Positions 1-9,441 of a stretch of DNA of 49,771 bases are shown piece by piece; the first letter of the stretch is position 1, and the number at the start of each line of letters is the position of its first letter. Under the pieces are notes generated by a model, which saw nothing but the letters and a program-made list of their open reading frames with translations, was not told the DNA's origin and did not search any database. Location: the NCBI GenBank assembly GCA_020426925.1, contig JAGQPC010000229.1:1-49771 (forward strand), given 5' to 3'. Made by a program: the position numbers and the translations under genes. The stretch is from Planctomycetales bacterium (GTDB lineage Bacteria; Planctomycetota; Planctomycetia; Pirellulales; Pirellulaceae).

Positions 1-1
1 C

Positions 2-1540
2 GTTGTCGGTATCCATGATTCCCGCCCAGCCGACAGTTTCAAAGAACGTCGCCGATTGCGCGCCTGCGTCAGCGAGATACTTCAAACTGCCCAGCGTCCA
101 TGCTGCGGTAAACGGTTCGACTTGTCGCTTGTCGATATAAGTTGGCAGTGGGCCTCCGTGAGGCGGACCGCCCGGCTGATCGACGCCATCGAGAAGTTGC
201 GGAGCCATCGTAATTGGGCCGATAATCAGAGGCAGGTTTCCAGCAAATTGCCGCGCACTTCGCACGACGTCGGCGTGGATCGGGAGAGTCTCAACCATCG
301 ATGCGTTGTCGAACGCATGAATTTGTGGATTGATGGCAAAGCCGATCGCTTGGACTGAATTCGTATCTGGTCGAGCGCGATTCAAATCGACAAAGTTCGT
401 CACTCGCGTCACGCCGACTTTAGCATCCGATACCGAATTCAAGTGACGTGTTGCCGTTTCGAAGTGAGACGGATCTTCACCTCGCACCAGCCAGTAGGAA
501 ACAGGCGGCCGTAGCTCTTTGATTAGCGCGGTTAGCGTTTCGAAGCCTGGCGATTCACCCAAGCCTAGCACAATCTGCAGCGACACATCCAACGCATTCG
601 CTTGACGTGTCGCGCGCCGCAATTTGTTTGCAAATGACTTGTCGGACAACGCCAGATCGACGCGAAGATGGTCCAGATTTAGTTTTCTCAGTCGTTCGAT
701 TTGCACGCTGGTTAGGTCATCCACTTCGCTTGAGACCTGAAGGCCGAGTTTGGGCAACGTTGATTCGCGTTTGCCAATCGTCAAAACGGTTAGGTCCTTC
801 GCAGATTCCGACCTGTCGGGAATGTCGCCGTCGAGACTGAGGCTGATCTTCTGTGAAATTGTTGCTCCTTTTGCGATCTCGACAGGATACGGCAGCTCCA
901 AAGGCGTGCAGTACGTTTTGAACGATGCGTCGGTCCAGTTGCGTTGGTCTTCCATTTCGAAAATGTCGCCTTCGAATGCAACACGAGCCATCAGGCCCGG
1001 CGCGACTTCGTGAGTAATCGCTTTTAGGTTTTTCGCTGGCTGGTGAGCTGAAATGAACTTAGGGAATTGTCCGTTCGATTTTTCCCCGTCGACGGTTTCT
1101 AGAACCCACGGTTGCCCAGCGGCAGAAGGTCCGTGCAAAATACAAAAGCCAATTCGGTTTTTCTGAAATGTTGTGTGAGCTTCCCCATCAAATGTGAATT
1201 CGACATTCCCTATGTCACTTCCAGAGATCGTGCCTTTCCAGCGGAAATCAATGTCGGCTTGCTGGCACGTTACGTCGAACGTCACAGTAAATCCATTATC
1301 GCGTTGCTCAACGAGCACATTCGAAACCTTGGGTGCAATCGTTGCCCAATTCTCGTCGCGGATGGGCGCATTGATGCCTCGAAGAATTTCAAGCTTGCCG
1401 ACGCGGATGTAACGAAGAAACACGTTTTCCGCGTCGAACACCATTGAGACGGGACCCGCTCGCAGCGGAATCAGCTCCGCAGTGTGTGCAATCGACGCGA
1501 GGAGCAAAATCGCCAATACGGAACGAAGGATGCGTTTCAT
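2..1540 (-). CDS. Secreted hypothetical protein, 3' end cut by the window edge (absent from the ORF track because no stop lies in the window)
   Basis: I translated the minus strand by hand from the ATG at 1540-1538 to position 2: 513 codons with no stop. The N-terminus MKRILRSVLAILLLASIAHTAELIPL looks like a Sec signal peptide. No family recognised. Confidence 0.6.
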   Translation of the reverse strand, partial: MKRILRSVLAILLLASIAHTAELIPLRAGPVSMVFDAENVFLRYIRVGKLEILRGINAPIRDENWATIAPKVSNVLVEQRDNGFTVTFDVTCQQADIDFRWKGTISGSDIGNVEFTFDGEAHTTFQKNRIGFCILHGPSAAGQPWVLETVDGEKSNGQFPKFISAHQPAKNLKAITHEVAPGLMARVAFEGDIFEMEDQRNWTDASFKTYCTPLELPYPVEIAKGATISQKISLSLDGDIPDRSESAKDLTVLTIGKRESTLPKLGLQVSSEVDDLTSVQIERLRKLNLDHLRVDLALSDKSFANKLRRATRQANALDVSLQIVLGLGESPGFETLTALIKELRPPVSYWLVRGEDPSHFETATRHLNSVSDAKVGVTRVTNFVDLNRARPDTNSVQAIGFAINPQIHAFDNASMVETLPIHADVVRSARQFAGNLPLIIGPITMAPQLLDGVDQPGGPPHGGPLPTYIDKRQVEPFTAAWTLGSLKYLADAGAQSATFFETVGWAGIMDTDN

Positions 1541-1613
1541 GATGGATTGTTTACTTTCGGAGAACATTGAAATCGTCGTGCGAGCGAAGCGCTCTGCAGT
1601 TTTCAAACAGCGT

Positions 1614-3065
1614 CTACGCAAGTATCTCGCTCACCACTTGACCGTGGACATCTGTTAGTCGCATGTCTCGCCCGCCGTAGCGGAACGTCAGCCGCTCGTG
1701 GTCCAGACCAAGTAAGTGAAGGATTGTGGCGTGCAAATCGTAAATCGCAACAGGATTTTCGACGGCGTGCATTCCGAACTCATCGGTCGCACCATAAATC
1801 GTTCCGCATTTAATTCCACCGCCAGCAAGCCACACGCTATAGCCCGACGTGTGATGATCGCGACCATGCCCATTCCCCGTGTGCGGAGTGCGTCCCATTT
1901 CGCCAGCCCACAGAATCAGCGTTTCTTCAAAGAGCCCTCGCTGTTTGAGGTCTTTAATGAACGCCGCAATCGGCTGATCGGTGACTAACGCGTTTTTTTC
2001 GTGGTGCGGCTTGAGGCTTCCGTGCTGGTCCCACGTTCCGTTATCAAGTCCCAATGGGTTGGCAGTTACTTCCACAAAACGCACACCGGATTCAATCAGA
2101 CGACGAGCACGCAGGCATTGAATCGCATACAGGCGCAGATCTTCGTCCTTGGCATTTATGCCGTAACTGTCCTTTGTCGCTGCTGATTCTTGCGAAAGAT
2201 CCAGCGTGTCAGGCACTGCGGTTTGCATGCGGAACGCCATTTCATAGTTTCGAATTGCCGATTCGACTTCAGCGTTGTCTCCGAGCGTGCGAGCAAAGTC
2301 GCGATCCTGCTCGAGTAACCATTTTAATTTCAGTTCTTGTGCACTGGCTCGAGCGGGAACGATGTTCTCCAGCGGATCGCCGTCTGCTCGTATGGACGTT
2401 GCCTGATAACTGGCAGGTAGATAACCGTTCGAGAAATTCTCTTTGCCACCAGGAGGAACAGCGCCACTGTTGAGCAAAACGTATCCGGGCAGATTGTCGT
2501 TCTCACTTCCCAATCCGTAAGTGATCCACGAGCCCAAGCTGGGCGACCCAGCACGTTATCGGCCTGAGTGCAGGAACAGATTACCGGCGGCGTGCAGTGG
2601 TAATTCCGCGACCATCGATCGAATGACTGCAATGTCGTCTGCACACGTAGCGATATGGGGGAACAGATCGCTCACCGGCATTCCGCAAGAGCCATACTGC
2701 TGAAACTTCCACGGGCACTTTTTCCATTTGCGGTTTGGCGACACCGATTGAGATTTGCGTCCGGCGCGACTCGCCCAATCGCCAATACTCTGGTCGTGGT
2801 GTTTTGTAAGTGTCGGCTTGGGATCGAACGAGTCGACGTGCGACACGCCGCCAGGCATGAAAAAGAACACTACATTTTTAACCTTGGGCGGAAAGTGAAA
2901 CGTCGTCGGACTGTCATTCAACCCAGCGTAGCTTTTGTTGCTCATCAGTGAAGAAAGCGACATCAGTCCAAACCCTGTCGAGGCTGTCGCTAGCATTTGA
3001 CGGCGACTTATCGGGCGTGGCACTCGCCCAGGACATTTTGTGTTTGTGCGTATCGAGGGATTCAT
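1614..3065 (-). pseudogene. DUF1501 (sulfatase-like) family protein interrupted by an in-frame TAA at 2556-2558
   Basis: ORFs 2556..3065 (169 aa) and 1614..2537 (307 aa) are in the same frame, separated only by TAA plus 6 codons. The N-terminus has a twin-arginine signal (ISRRQMLATASTGFGL). DUF1501 motifs are FFFMPGGVSHVDSFDPKP, then [35 protein letters not shown] reading straight across the stop. Confidence 0.7.
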
Positions 3066-3078
3066 GTGCGTGCTTTCG

Positions 3079-6000
3079 CTATCGGATGTAAATGAATTCC
3101 TTCATGTTGAAAATGCTGTGGGCAACGTCCTGCCAAATGCTCTTGTTTTGCATGATGGCTGGATCGCCTGCCGGAGCTGAATCCGCAAGTTGTCGAATCA
3201 AGCCAAGCATGCGCTGCAGCTCGGCTTCAATTGGTTCGCGCCCGAGTGCTTTGCGGAACATTGACCGGACGCGATCGGCAACCGAATCGTGATCCTCAGT
3301 TAGCAAACGCTCCGACCACACTCGGGCTTGGTCGATGACGAATGGATCGTTGAGCAGCGCGAGCGCCTGTGCCGGTACGTTCGTGCGATCTCGGCGGCCT
3401 CGCGTCGCCATGGGATTTGGGAAATCGAACAGCTCGAGGAACTGCGGTCCTTCCATTCGCGTGACTTGAGTGTAAACGCTGCGTCGGCCGTCGCCATCCA
3501 GCGGCCCGCTCCAGAGTTTTCGATAGTCGATTTCGTTTTTTCGAAATGGGTGGATGCTCGGACCGAATAATTGCGAATCCAATCGACCCGACACGGCAAG
3601 AATTGTGTCACGCACAGCTTCGGCACTCAGTCTGTGTGGAGGATAGTAGTGGAGTAAATTGTTGTCTGGATCTAGCTCCTTCGACTGATCAAAAGGGCGG
3701 CTCGATTGCCGAAACGTTTTGCTCAACACAATCCTGCGGACAAGCCGTTTGATGGACCAATCGTCTTCTGCAAATTCAGCTGCAAGATAATCAAGCAGTT
3801 GCGGATGCGTTGGTTCTTCACCCATGTGGCCGAAGTCGTCGGTCGTCGCTACGATGCCTCGGCCGAATAGATGATGCCAGACGCGATTGACCATGACACG
3901 TGCCGTCAACGGATTCGTTGGGCTGGCGACAAGCTCAGCAAGTTGGCGGCGTCCGCTTCCCATTGAATCAAACGGCTGCGAAGCGTCAGCGATTGCTTCA
4001 AGGTATCTGGGCGGCACTGTGATTCCCGGCTTCAGCGGATCGCCACTTCGCAAGACAGGGAACGCTCGACCTTTGCCATGATCGGCCAAACCTGCGATGA
4101 CTCGCGGTTCAGGAATTTCCGCGACGACTTCGTGATAACGAGTCAACAGCTTCTGAAGTGTCGGGTCGCCATTTGCGGAATTGGGGAGTAGGCCAACTCG
4201 GAGCAGCCAGTTTATCCACGTCACGTCAGCGTCGGTGGCTCGATCTTCCTTCCAAGCGATAACGGCGTTCTGCGCTGCCGACGCGAAGGACGAAGCAATC
4301 GTGGCTTCGTCTACAGTCTGCTCATTTTGCTGCCGTTCGAACAGATCGACAGCGTGTCCCAAATCGGGCAACGGCGACGCCGGTGAATCGTGCAATACAG
4401 CTCGCATCACGCCAAAGTATGATCGATGAGACCGCAGTTCTTTGGGGTCCTTTGAACCTGCGCGATCGGGGCGGTCCGGCCAACGCGGATTGTCTGCTCG
4501 AGTTGTCAACTCGACGAATGATCGGTGTGAGCCACCTGCACTCGTCGGGAATCGCTTCCACTCGGACGCACCGCCGAGAAGATAATGCAAGCCACCGCCC
4601 GCGAACTCATTTAATGCACAAGTGTCGACTACTGTGCGCACCATGCTGCGATTATCGCCAACCAGTTGAACGCTGATGTATTTCTTGGTCGTTGGAAGCC
4701 AAGGCGACCGAAACGATCCGTTCAAACGTTCGGATATTAAATTTGTGTGCATCCCCGCAGGAAGGATTGAAGCTACGACGTGCTCGCCATCCTCCGCCAA
4801 AGTGAACTCGCCTGCACGACTTGTGCCATGCATCAGGCCGAGACCACTCGCCGTCCAGTTTGGTGTGTTGCTTGGTCCAAAATCGGACCACACTTCGAAG
4901 TTCTCTGCATTGAACTTCGAACGACGATCGTGCTCGACAACGTACTCGTCTCTAAGCGATGACCAGACTGATGCGAGATCGGCTTTCGTGCGAAGGCTCG
5001 TTTGCTCTGGCCAAGGATATCCCCAAGGTGCGATCCCAGCCTTGCCTAGTTCCATCGCGTTGACCCATTCGTGGTCGATGTTGGCGGTCCGCCATCCGTT
5101 GGTGGACTCACGGGAACATTTCCAATTGGAATCGGAAAAGACGAGTAGCGGATCACCTGCGTTGAACTCGACGCGGACCACGCCAATCCATCCTCCTGGA
5201 TTGGGCTGAACAGATGGATTGCCGTTTGTGTTTACGACCGCCAGCTCGTTTGCACCGCTCATGAGTTTGTCGCTGATATCCGCGGCATAAAGTGACGTGT
5301 GTCCTTCCTGTCTTCCAACGGGCGTGCCGTTGATATAGAAACTCACCGAATCGTCACCGGAAAACAAACACCACGCCTGAGTTACTCGCCTGTTTGCCGG
5401 CAGATTAATAGTCCTGCGAAAGTATCGACTCTCGATCGGCGCATTGATCGCAGCGTTTCCTTCGGGGAACCAAAGCCATTGAGCACGTCGGAGGTCGCTT
5501 GTGTCGACAAGTGACCCTCGCTCGGAACCGATGTCTCGTCTTGCCAGTCGACCAAGGATGTAGCCCGGATCTTCATGACCGAGTTTCTCGTTGGCGATGT
5601 GTCGGCTAAGAGGCGTGGAATTGTTTTTTTCGGATTCGTCGCCCGCAAGTGTCAAGCGTATTTGTTCTTGCACGTCGTCCACTGCCGAGAGCCAGCTTGC
5701 GGCGAGTCGCTGGCGAGTTTGCAGCTTTAACTTCTGAGCTTGTTCCGTGAAAGGCGAGATCCGTTGCGGCAAGTCGATCGTGTGAACGACTTGGCTGCAG
5801 CTTTCAAGCATTCCGACCAATGCGTAGTAATCCTTAGATGACATTGCATCCAGCTTGTGATCGTGACACCGAGCACACGAAAGTGTCAGACCTTGAAACG
5901 CTTTCGCAAATGTATCGATTTGATTATCCAATGCGTCGAACCGAATCTCGGGAAACTCTACACAATCGTCGTGCCCTAACTCGCCAAATCGCCAGAACGC

Positions 6001-6942
6001 GGTACCAATGATTGACTCGTTAATGCCGAGCGTTTCGTTTACTCGCGGTTCTTCCAGCAAATCGCCGGCAATGTGCTCGCGAACAAGTTGATCGTAGGGC
6101 AGATCGTTGTTGAACGCGCGAATCAGATAGTCACGGTATCGCCATGCGTCGCGGATTTCGTGGTTCCATTCGTAGCCGTGCGTCTCGGCGAAGCGAACAA
6201 CGTCCATCCAATGACGTGCCCAGTGCTCTCCGAAATGTGGCGAGTTTAACAGTCGATCGACATGCGATTCGCAAGCTGCATCTGGAGCTGTTTTGAAATC
6301 AGCGACCAAATTCTCGACGTCCGATGGAGCTGGCGGCAGGCCGGTCAAAACGAAAGACAACCGGCGTGCCAGCGCCTGCGCGGTCTCGGGTTCGGCCCGC
6401 GAAATACCGGCAGCCTGTTGCTTCGCGAACACGAAGGCGTCGATCGCGTTGTTGGTTTCTGCGCCAGGCGGCGTTGTCGCAACGACGGGTTGCAGGCTCC
6501 ACCAATTGCGTCGTTCGTCGAAGACCGTTTGCCACGATAGTTCGGCCACTTCGTCGGCAGACGGCGCGTTGTCGCGTGGATCAGGAGCACCGATTTTAAT
6601 CCAATGTTCGAAGTCCGCGATGACCGTGCTCGCGAGCTTGTTGTCGGGTGGCATTTCGATCGACTCGTGCCGAATCGCATCTAGTAGCAGGCTTTTTTCG
6701 GTGTCACCAGGAACAACTGCTGGGCCACTGTCTCCGCCGTTGCGAATGAGCTCGCGACTATCGAGCCGCAGCCCACCTTTCAACTCTGACGCGGCCGCCG
6801 AATGACATTCGTAACAGTGTCGAATTAAGATTGGCCGAATTTGCTTTTCGAAGAACTCGATCTCGGTTGCATCATCGCACGGCGCAAGACGGCACGCAAA
6901 CAAAACGGTTGCCGTCATAACTAGCGTTCGAAAGAAGTTCAT
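3079..6942 (-). CDS. PSCyt1 (planctomycete cytochrome c) / DUF1549 / DUF1553 family protein with an inserted galactose-binding-like domain
   Basis: CXXCH heme motif RHCYECHS lies near the N-terminus. The DUF1549 motif is CARCHDHKLD, and the DUF1553-type C-terminus ends FNMKEFIYIR. The ATG at 6942 (MNFFRTLVMTATVLFA, signal-like) is preferred over the GTG at 6960. It sits directly upstream of a DUF1501 gene, the usual pairing. Confidence 0.85.
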   Translation of the reverse strand: MNFFRTLVMTATVLFACRLAPCDDATEIEFFEKQIRPILIRHCYECHSAAASELKGGLRLDSRELIRNGGDSGPAVVPGDTEKSLLLDAIRHESIEMPPDNKLASTVIADFEHWIKIGAPDPRDNAPSADEVAELSWQTVFDERRNWWSLQPVVATTPPGAETNNAIDAFVFAKQQAAGISRAEPETAQALARRLSFVLTGLPPAPSDVENLVADFKTAPDAACESHVDRLLNSPHFGEHWARHWMDVVRFAETHGYEWNHEIRDAWRYRDYLIRAFNNDLPYDQLVREHIAGDLLEEPRVNETLGINESIIGTAFWRFGELGHDDCVEFPEIRFDALDNQIDTFAKAFQGLTLSCARCHDHKLDAMSSKDYYALVGMLESCSQVVHTIDLPQRISPFTEQAQKLKLQTRQRLAASWLSAVDDVQEQIRLTLAGDESEKNNSTPLSRHIANEKLGHEDPGYILGRLARRDIGSERGSLVDTSDLRRAQWLWFPEGNAAINAPIESRYFRRTINLPANRRVTQAWCLFSGDDSVSFYINGTPVGRQEGHTSLYAADISDKLMSGANELAVVNTNGNPSVQPNPGGWIGVVRVEFNAGDPLLVFSDSNWKCSRESTNGWRTANIDHEWVNAMELGKAGIAPWGYPWPEQTSLRTKADLASVWSSLRDEYVVEHDRRSKFNAENFEVWSDFGPSNTPNWTASGLGLMHGTSRAGEFTLAEDGEHVVASILPAGMHTNLISERLNGSFRSPWLPTTKKYISVQLVGDNRSMVRTVVDTCALNEFAGGGLHYLLGGASEWKRFPTSAGGSHRSFVELTTRADNPRWPDRPDRAGSKDPKELRSHRSYFGVMRAVLHDSPASPLPDLGHAVDLFERQQNEQTVDEATIASSFASAAQNAVIAWKEDRATDADVTWINWLLRVGLLPNSANGDPTLQKLLTRYHEVVAEIPEPRVIAGLADHGKGRAFPVLRSGDPLKPGITVPPRYLEAIADASQPFDSMGSGRRQLAELVASPTNPLTARVMVNRVWHHLFGRGIVATTDDFGHMGEEPTHPQLLDYLAAEFAEDDWSIKRLVRRIVLSKTFRQSSRPFDQSKELDPDNNLLHYYPPHRLSAEAVRDTILAVSGRLDSQLFGPSIHPFRKNEIDYRKLWSGPLDGDGRRSVYTQVTRMEGPQFLELFDFPNPMATRGRRDRTNVPAQALALLNDPFVIDQARVWSERLLTEDHDSVADRVRSMFRKALGREPIEAELQRMLGLIRQLADSAPAGDPAIMQNKSIWQDVAHSIFNMKEFIYIR

Positions 6943-7053
6943 GGCAGCGTGTAAGACCACAGAGACAGTGAGTCAAGTAAGACATTAGTCTACACCTTTC
7001 CGGCACGGTCCGCTGTGCAATTCTGTTCCGGCAGAACGCAGAAAACCGACTGA

Positions 7054-9441
7054 CTACCGTATTCGCGATCTTAACAGCTGAGTCTCAAGCCGCGTCAGCG
7101 ATTCTTCGAGCATCGCTCGTTCAGCGTCTGGCAATTCGCCGCCGCCGAATCTGACCAGATAGAACGCGTTCACGATGTTACTGAGCGCCGGAATTGCGGC
7201 GGAGTCGATCGTCATGGAAGTCAACGACCGCGCTGTGGCGTAAGCGAACTCTTGTGGAGTTTGGTCGTCAGAACGATGGAAGCCATGCTTTCCTAGCATG
7301 CGTTCCATTCGGTCGTAGATCGCCACGTCGGCTCGGCGCCGTTTGGATTTGCGCCACCGAGCCAGCACTCGGCCAATCACCGGTCCAAAGATCCGCCGAA
7401 TGTGGTCTCGCATAATGTAGACCAATGGCGTCAGAACACTCAGCAAGATGACGGCTTGACGCGTGAAGTAGCGTCCACGAATGATGTCTTTCCATATTCG
7501 CTTCATCCACCGCCAACGTTTTACCCACTGCTCTTTGCCAAATGCGTAGAAGAATGCTTGTCGAGCCACGCGCGTTGCCGGATTGTAAATCGACTCTTGC
7601 TGACGAGTGGAGTTGAGCCCGAGCACGTAGTCGTCCCACAGCACTTGGCAATAGTCAATGATTTCTTTCGCGCGTTGTACGATCGGATGATCCGCGACGA
7701 TCACTGCTTCGCGCCCACCCATGGGAGTTGGGTCAAGACGAAACCACGCTCCGTTCGCTCTTTGGTCCTCATGGACGACCTTAGCCGGAATCGCTTCGCC
7801 GGGAATGTAGGCTTCGACCCAAGCGTGAGCGTGTAATTGGCGTACTATGAAGTATCCTCCTAGGCCGTTGAATTCTCCGCCCTTGTATCCGATGACCAGT
7901 CTTGCGGGAATGCCCTGGCTGCGCAGCATTAGTGCTAACGCGGACGCAAAGTATTCGCAGTGGCCAGTCTTGTGGTTTGTGATGAAGTCGACGATTGGGT
8001 CCAGGTCATGATCGCGCTGCGTCGACATTTGCAGAGAGTATTTGTACGTCGTGTCGCGAAGAAAATGATTTTCAAGAGCTAACGCTTTCGCGTAGTCCGA
8101 TTCGGCCGTGACACCGGCGTCGGCTAACAGCTGTGTGGCCATCTCTTGAATTGCGTCCAGCCGCTCCCGTCGATCGTAGTACATTCTTCCCCACGGCGAA
8201 ATGAGTGTTTCAAACTCAATGTCGAATGAGGGGTCGTCTTTTTCGTCTAGCACAGGCCCCATCGGATCAAGCGACGCAACCCAACGGTTTTGGATCTTGT
8301 TGCGAAAAGCGTCGGTCATCAGCTGATAGCGGATTGGATTGGTACTGGTGTTTTGCTCCTTACCCAACGAAAGTTGACGCGTGTGCCGCTTGATAAAGAG
8401 GTCTTTCGGTTCTTCAGGCGATGCGTAGCACGGCGAAATGCTGAATAGGACAGCATGCTCGCCTGGTTGTAGCGTGATCTTTTGGACAATGGTGTTCGAC
8501 AGATCTGCGGGCGATCCGCTTCGCTTCAGGTTTTCTCGCCCTTCCGCGAGTTTGTCAGCTCTCCATCGTCCGCTATCGGGCTTGTAGCGATCGACGACCG
8601 AGCCACGAAAGTAAGGTTCGTCATCAAAATAGAACGGCGTGCGATCGAGCTTTGTAAACTCAACTCGCATCACCTGTTCCGGGTTTTCCAGAATCTTGCT
8701 GATGTTGTCGAGTTCGATTTCGTCGTCGTAGCCCACGGTGCGGATTTGGTCTTCCTGAGGCTGCCATACTCGACTGCTGTAACGCGGAATCGCGAAGAAA
8801 AACAAGATTGTTCCCAAAATCGTAAACGTTGCCATCCACGATAGACGCCCAAGGAAGCTGGTGCTCAGTACGAAATCGGCGCTACCTTCCACTGACTGCC
8901 ATCCAAAATGGTCCTGCGGACCGTCACTGCTGCTTACCACGGGAGTGCGATCTGTGGCAATGTTTCGGAGTTCTCGGTGAGTGGCAAACAGAGCCAAGGT
9001 AACGATCGCCGCTGCGACGTAAATGCACAGCATCAATCCAAAAACAAAGCCTAGGTTCAATGCGGCTGCGACAATCACTTGCAGCAAGCTAAGCGTCACA
9101 AGCTGCCAATAGATTCGGATGTTCTTACGCTGGTAAAGAAGAATCAACTGCAGGAATATCAACGCGTTCGCCACGTTCAGAAGTTGGCTTTGCTGCGTAT
9201 CGCGGACGATCTGCACGATGAGCCAAACGCACGCACCGATACCGAGTGCCCCAGACGAATAATGTCTTAATCGGAAAAGGCGTTTTCCGTCAACGATAAC
9301 GATGGATGAATAGCCGAGCACCGCCGCTAGTAACGGGAACCCGAAATCCTGTTGCCCCATTCCCAGCAGCAATGTTCCCAAAACGACAAGCGTCGCGCAG
9401 CCGATCTGCAACAACGGTTCAACACGAGTCGAATAATTCAT
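7054..9441 (-). CDS. Transglutaminase-like membrane protein (TgpA-like: N-terminal polytopic region + transglutaminase core)
   Basis: Several N-terminal hydrophobic helices. Transglutaminase core reads TGHCEYFASALALMLRSQGIPARLVIGY ... HAWVEAY. The start ATG overlaps the DUF58 stop (ATGA at 9438-9441). Confidence 0.85.
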   Translation of the reverse strand: MNYSTRVEPLLQIGCATLVVLGTLLLGMGQQDFGFPLLAAVLGYSSIVIVDGKRLFRLRHYSSGALGIGACVWLIVQIVRDTQQSQLLNVANALIFLQLILLYQRKNIRIYWQLVTLSLLQVIVAAALNLGFVFGLMLCIYVAAAIVTLALFATHRELRNIATDRTPVVSSSDGPQDHFGWQSVEGSADFVLSTSFLGRLSWMATFTILGTILFFFAIPRYSSRVWQPQEDQIRTVGYDDEIELDNISKILENPEQVMRVEFTKLDRTPFYFDDEPYFRGSVVDRYKPDSGRWRADKLAEGRENLKRSGSPADLSNTIVQKITLQPGEHAVLFSISPCYASPEEPKDLFIKRHTRQLSLGKEQNTSTNPIRYQLMTDAFRNKIQNRWVASLDPMGPVLDEKDDPSFDIEFETLISPWGRMYYDRRERLDAIQEMATQLLADAGVTAESDYAKALALENHFLRDTTYKYSLQMSTQRDHDLDPIVDFITNHKTGHCEYFASALALMLRSQGIPARLVIGYKGGEFNGLGGYFIVRQLHAHAWVEAYIPGEAIPAKVVHEDQRANGAWFRLDPTPMGGREAVIVADHPIVQRAKEIIDYCQVLWDDYVLGLNSTRQQESIYNPATRVARQAFFYAFGKEQWVKRWRWMKRIWKDIIRGRYFTRQAVILLSVLTPLVYIMRDHIRRIFGPVIGRVLARWRKSKRRRADVAIYDRMERMLGKHGFHRSDDQTPQEFAYATARSLTSMTIDSAAIPALSNIVNAFYLVRFGGGELPDAERAMLEESLTRLETQLLRSRIR

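Noticed and set aside
2556-2558. Possible programmed recoding (selenocysteine or pyrrolysine) at the in-frame stop of DUF1501
   Set aside because: The codon is TAA, not TGA or TAG, and I saw no SECIS-like element. A nonsense mutation or sequencing error is simpler.
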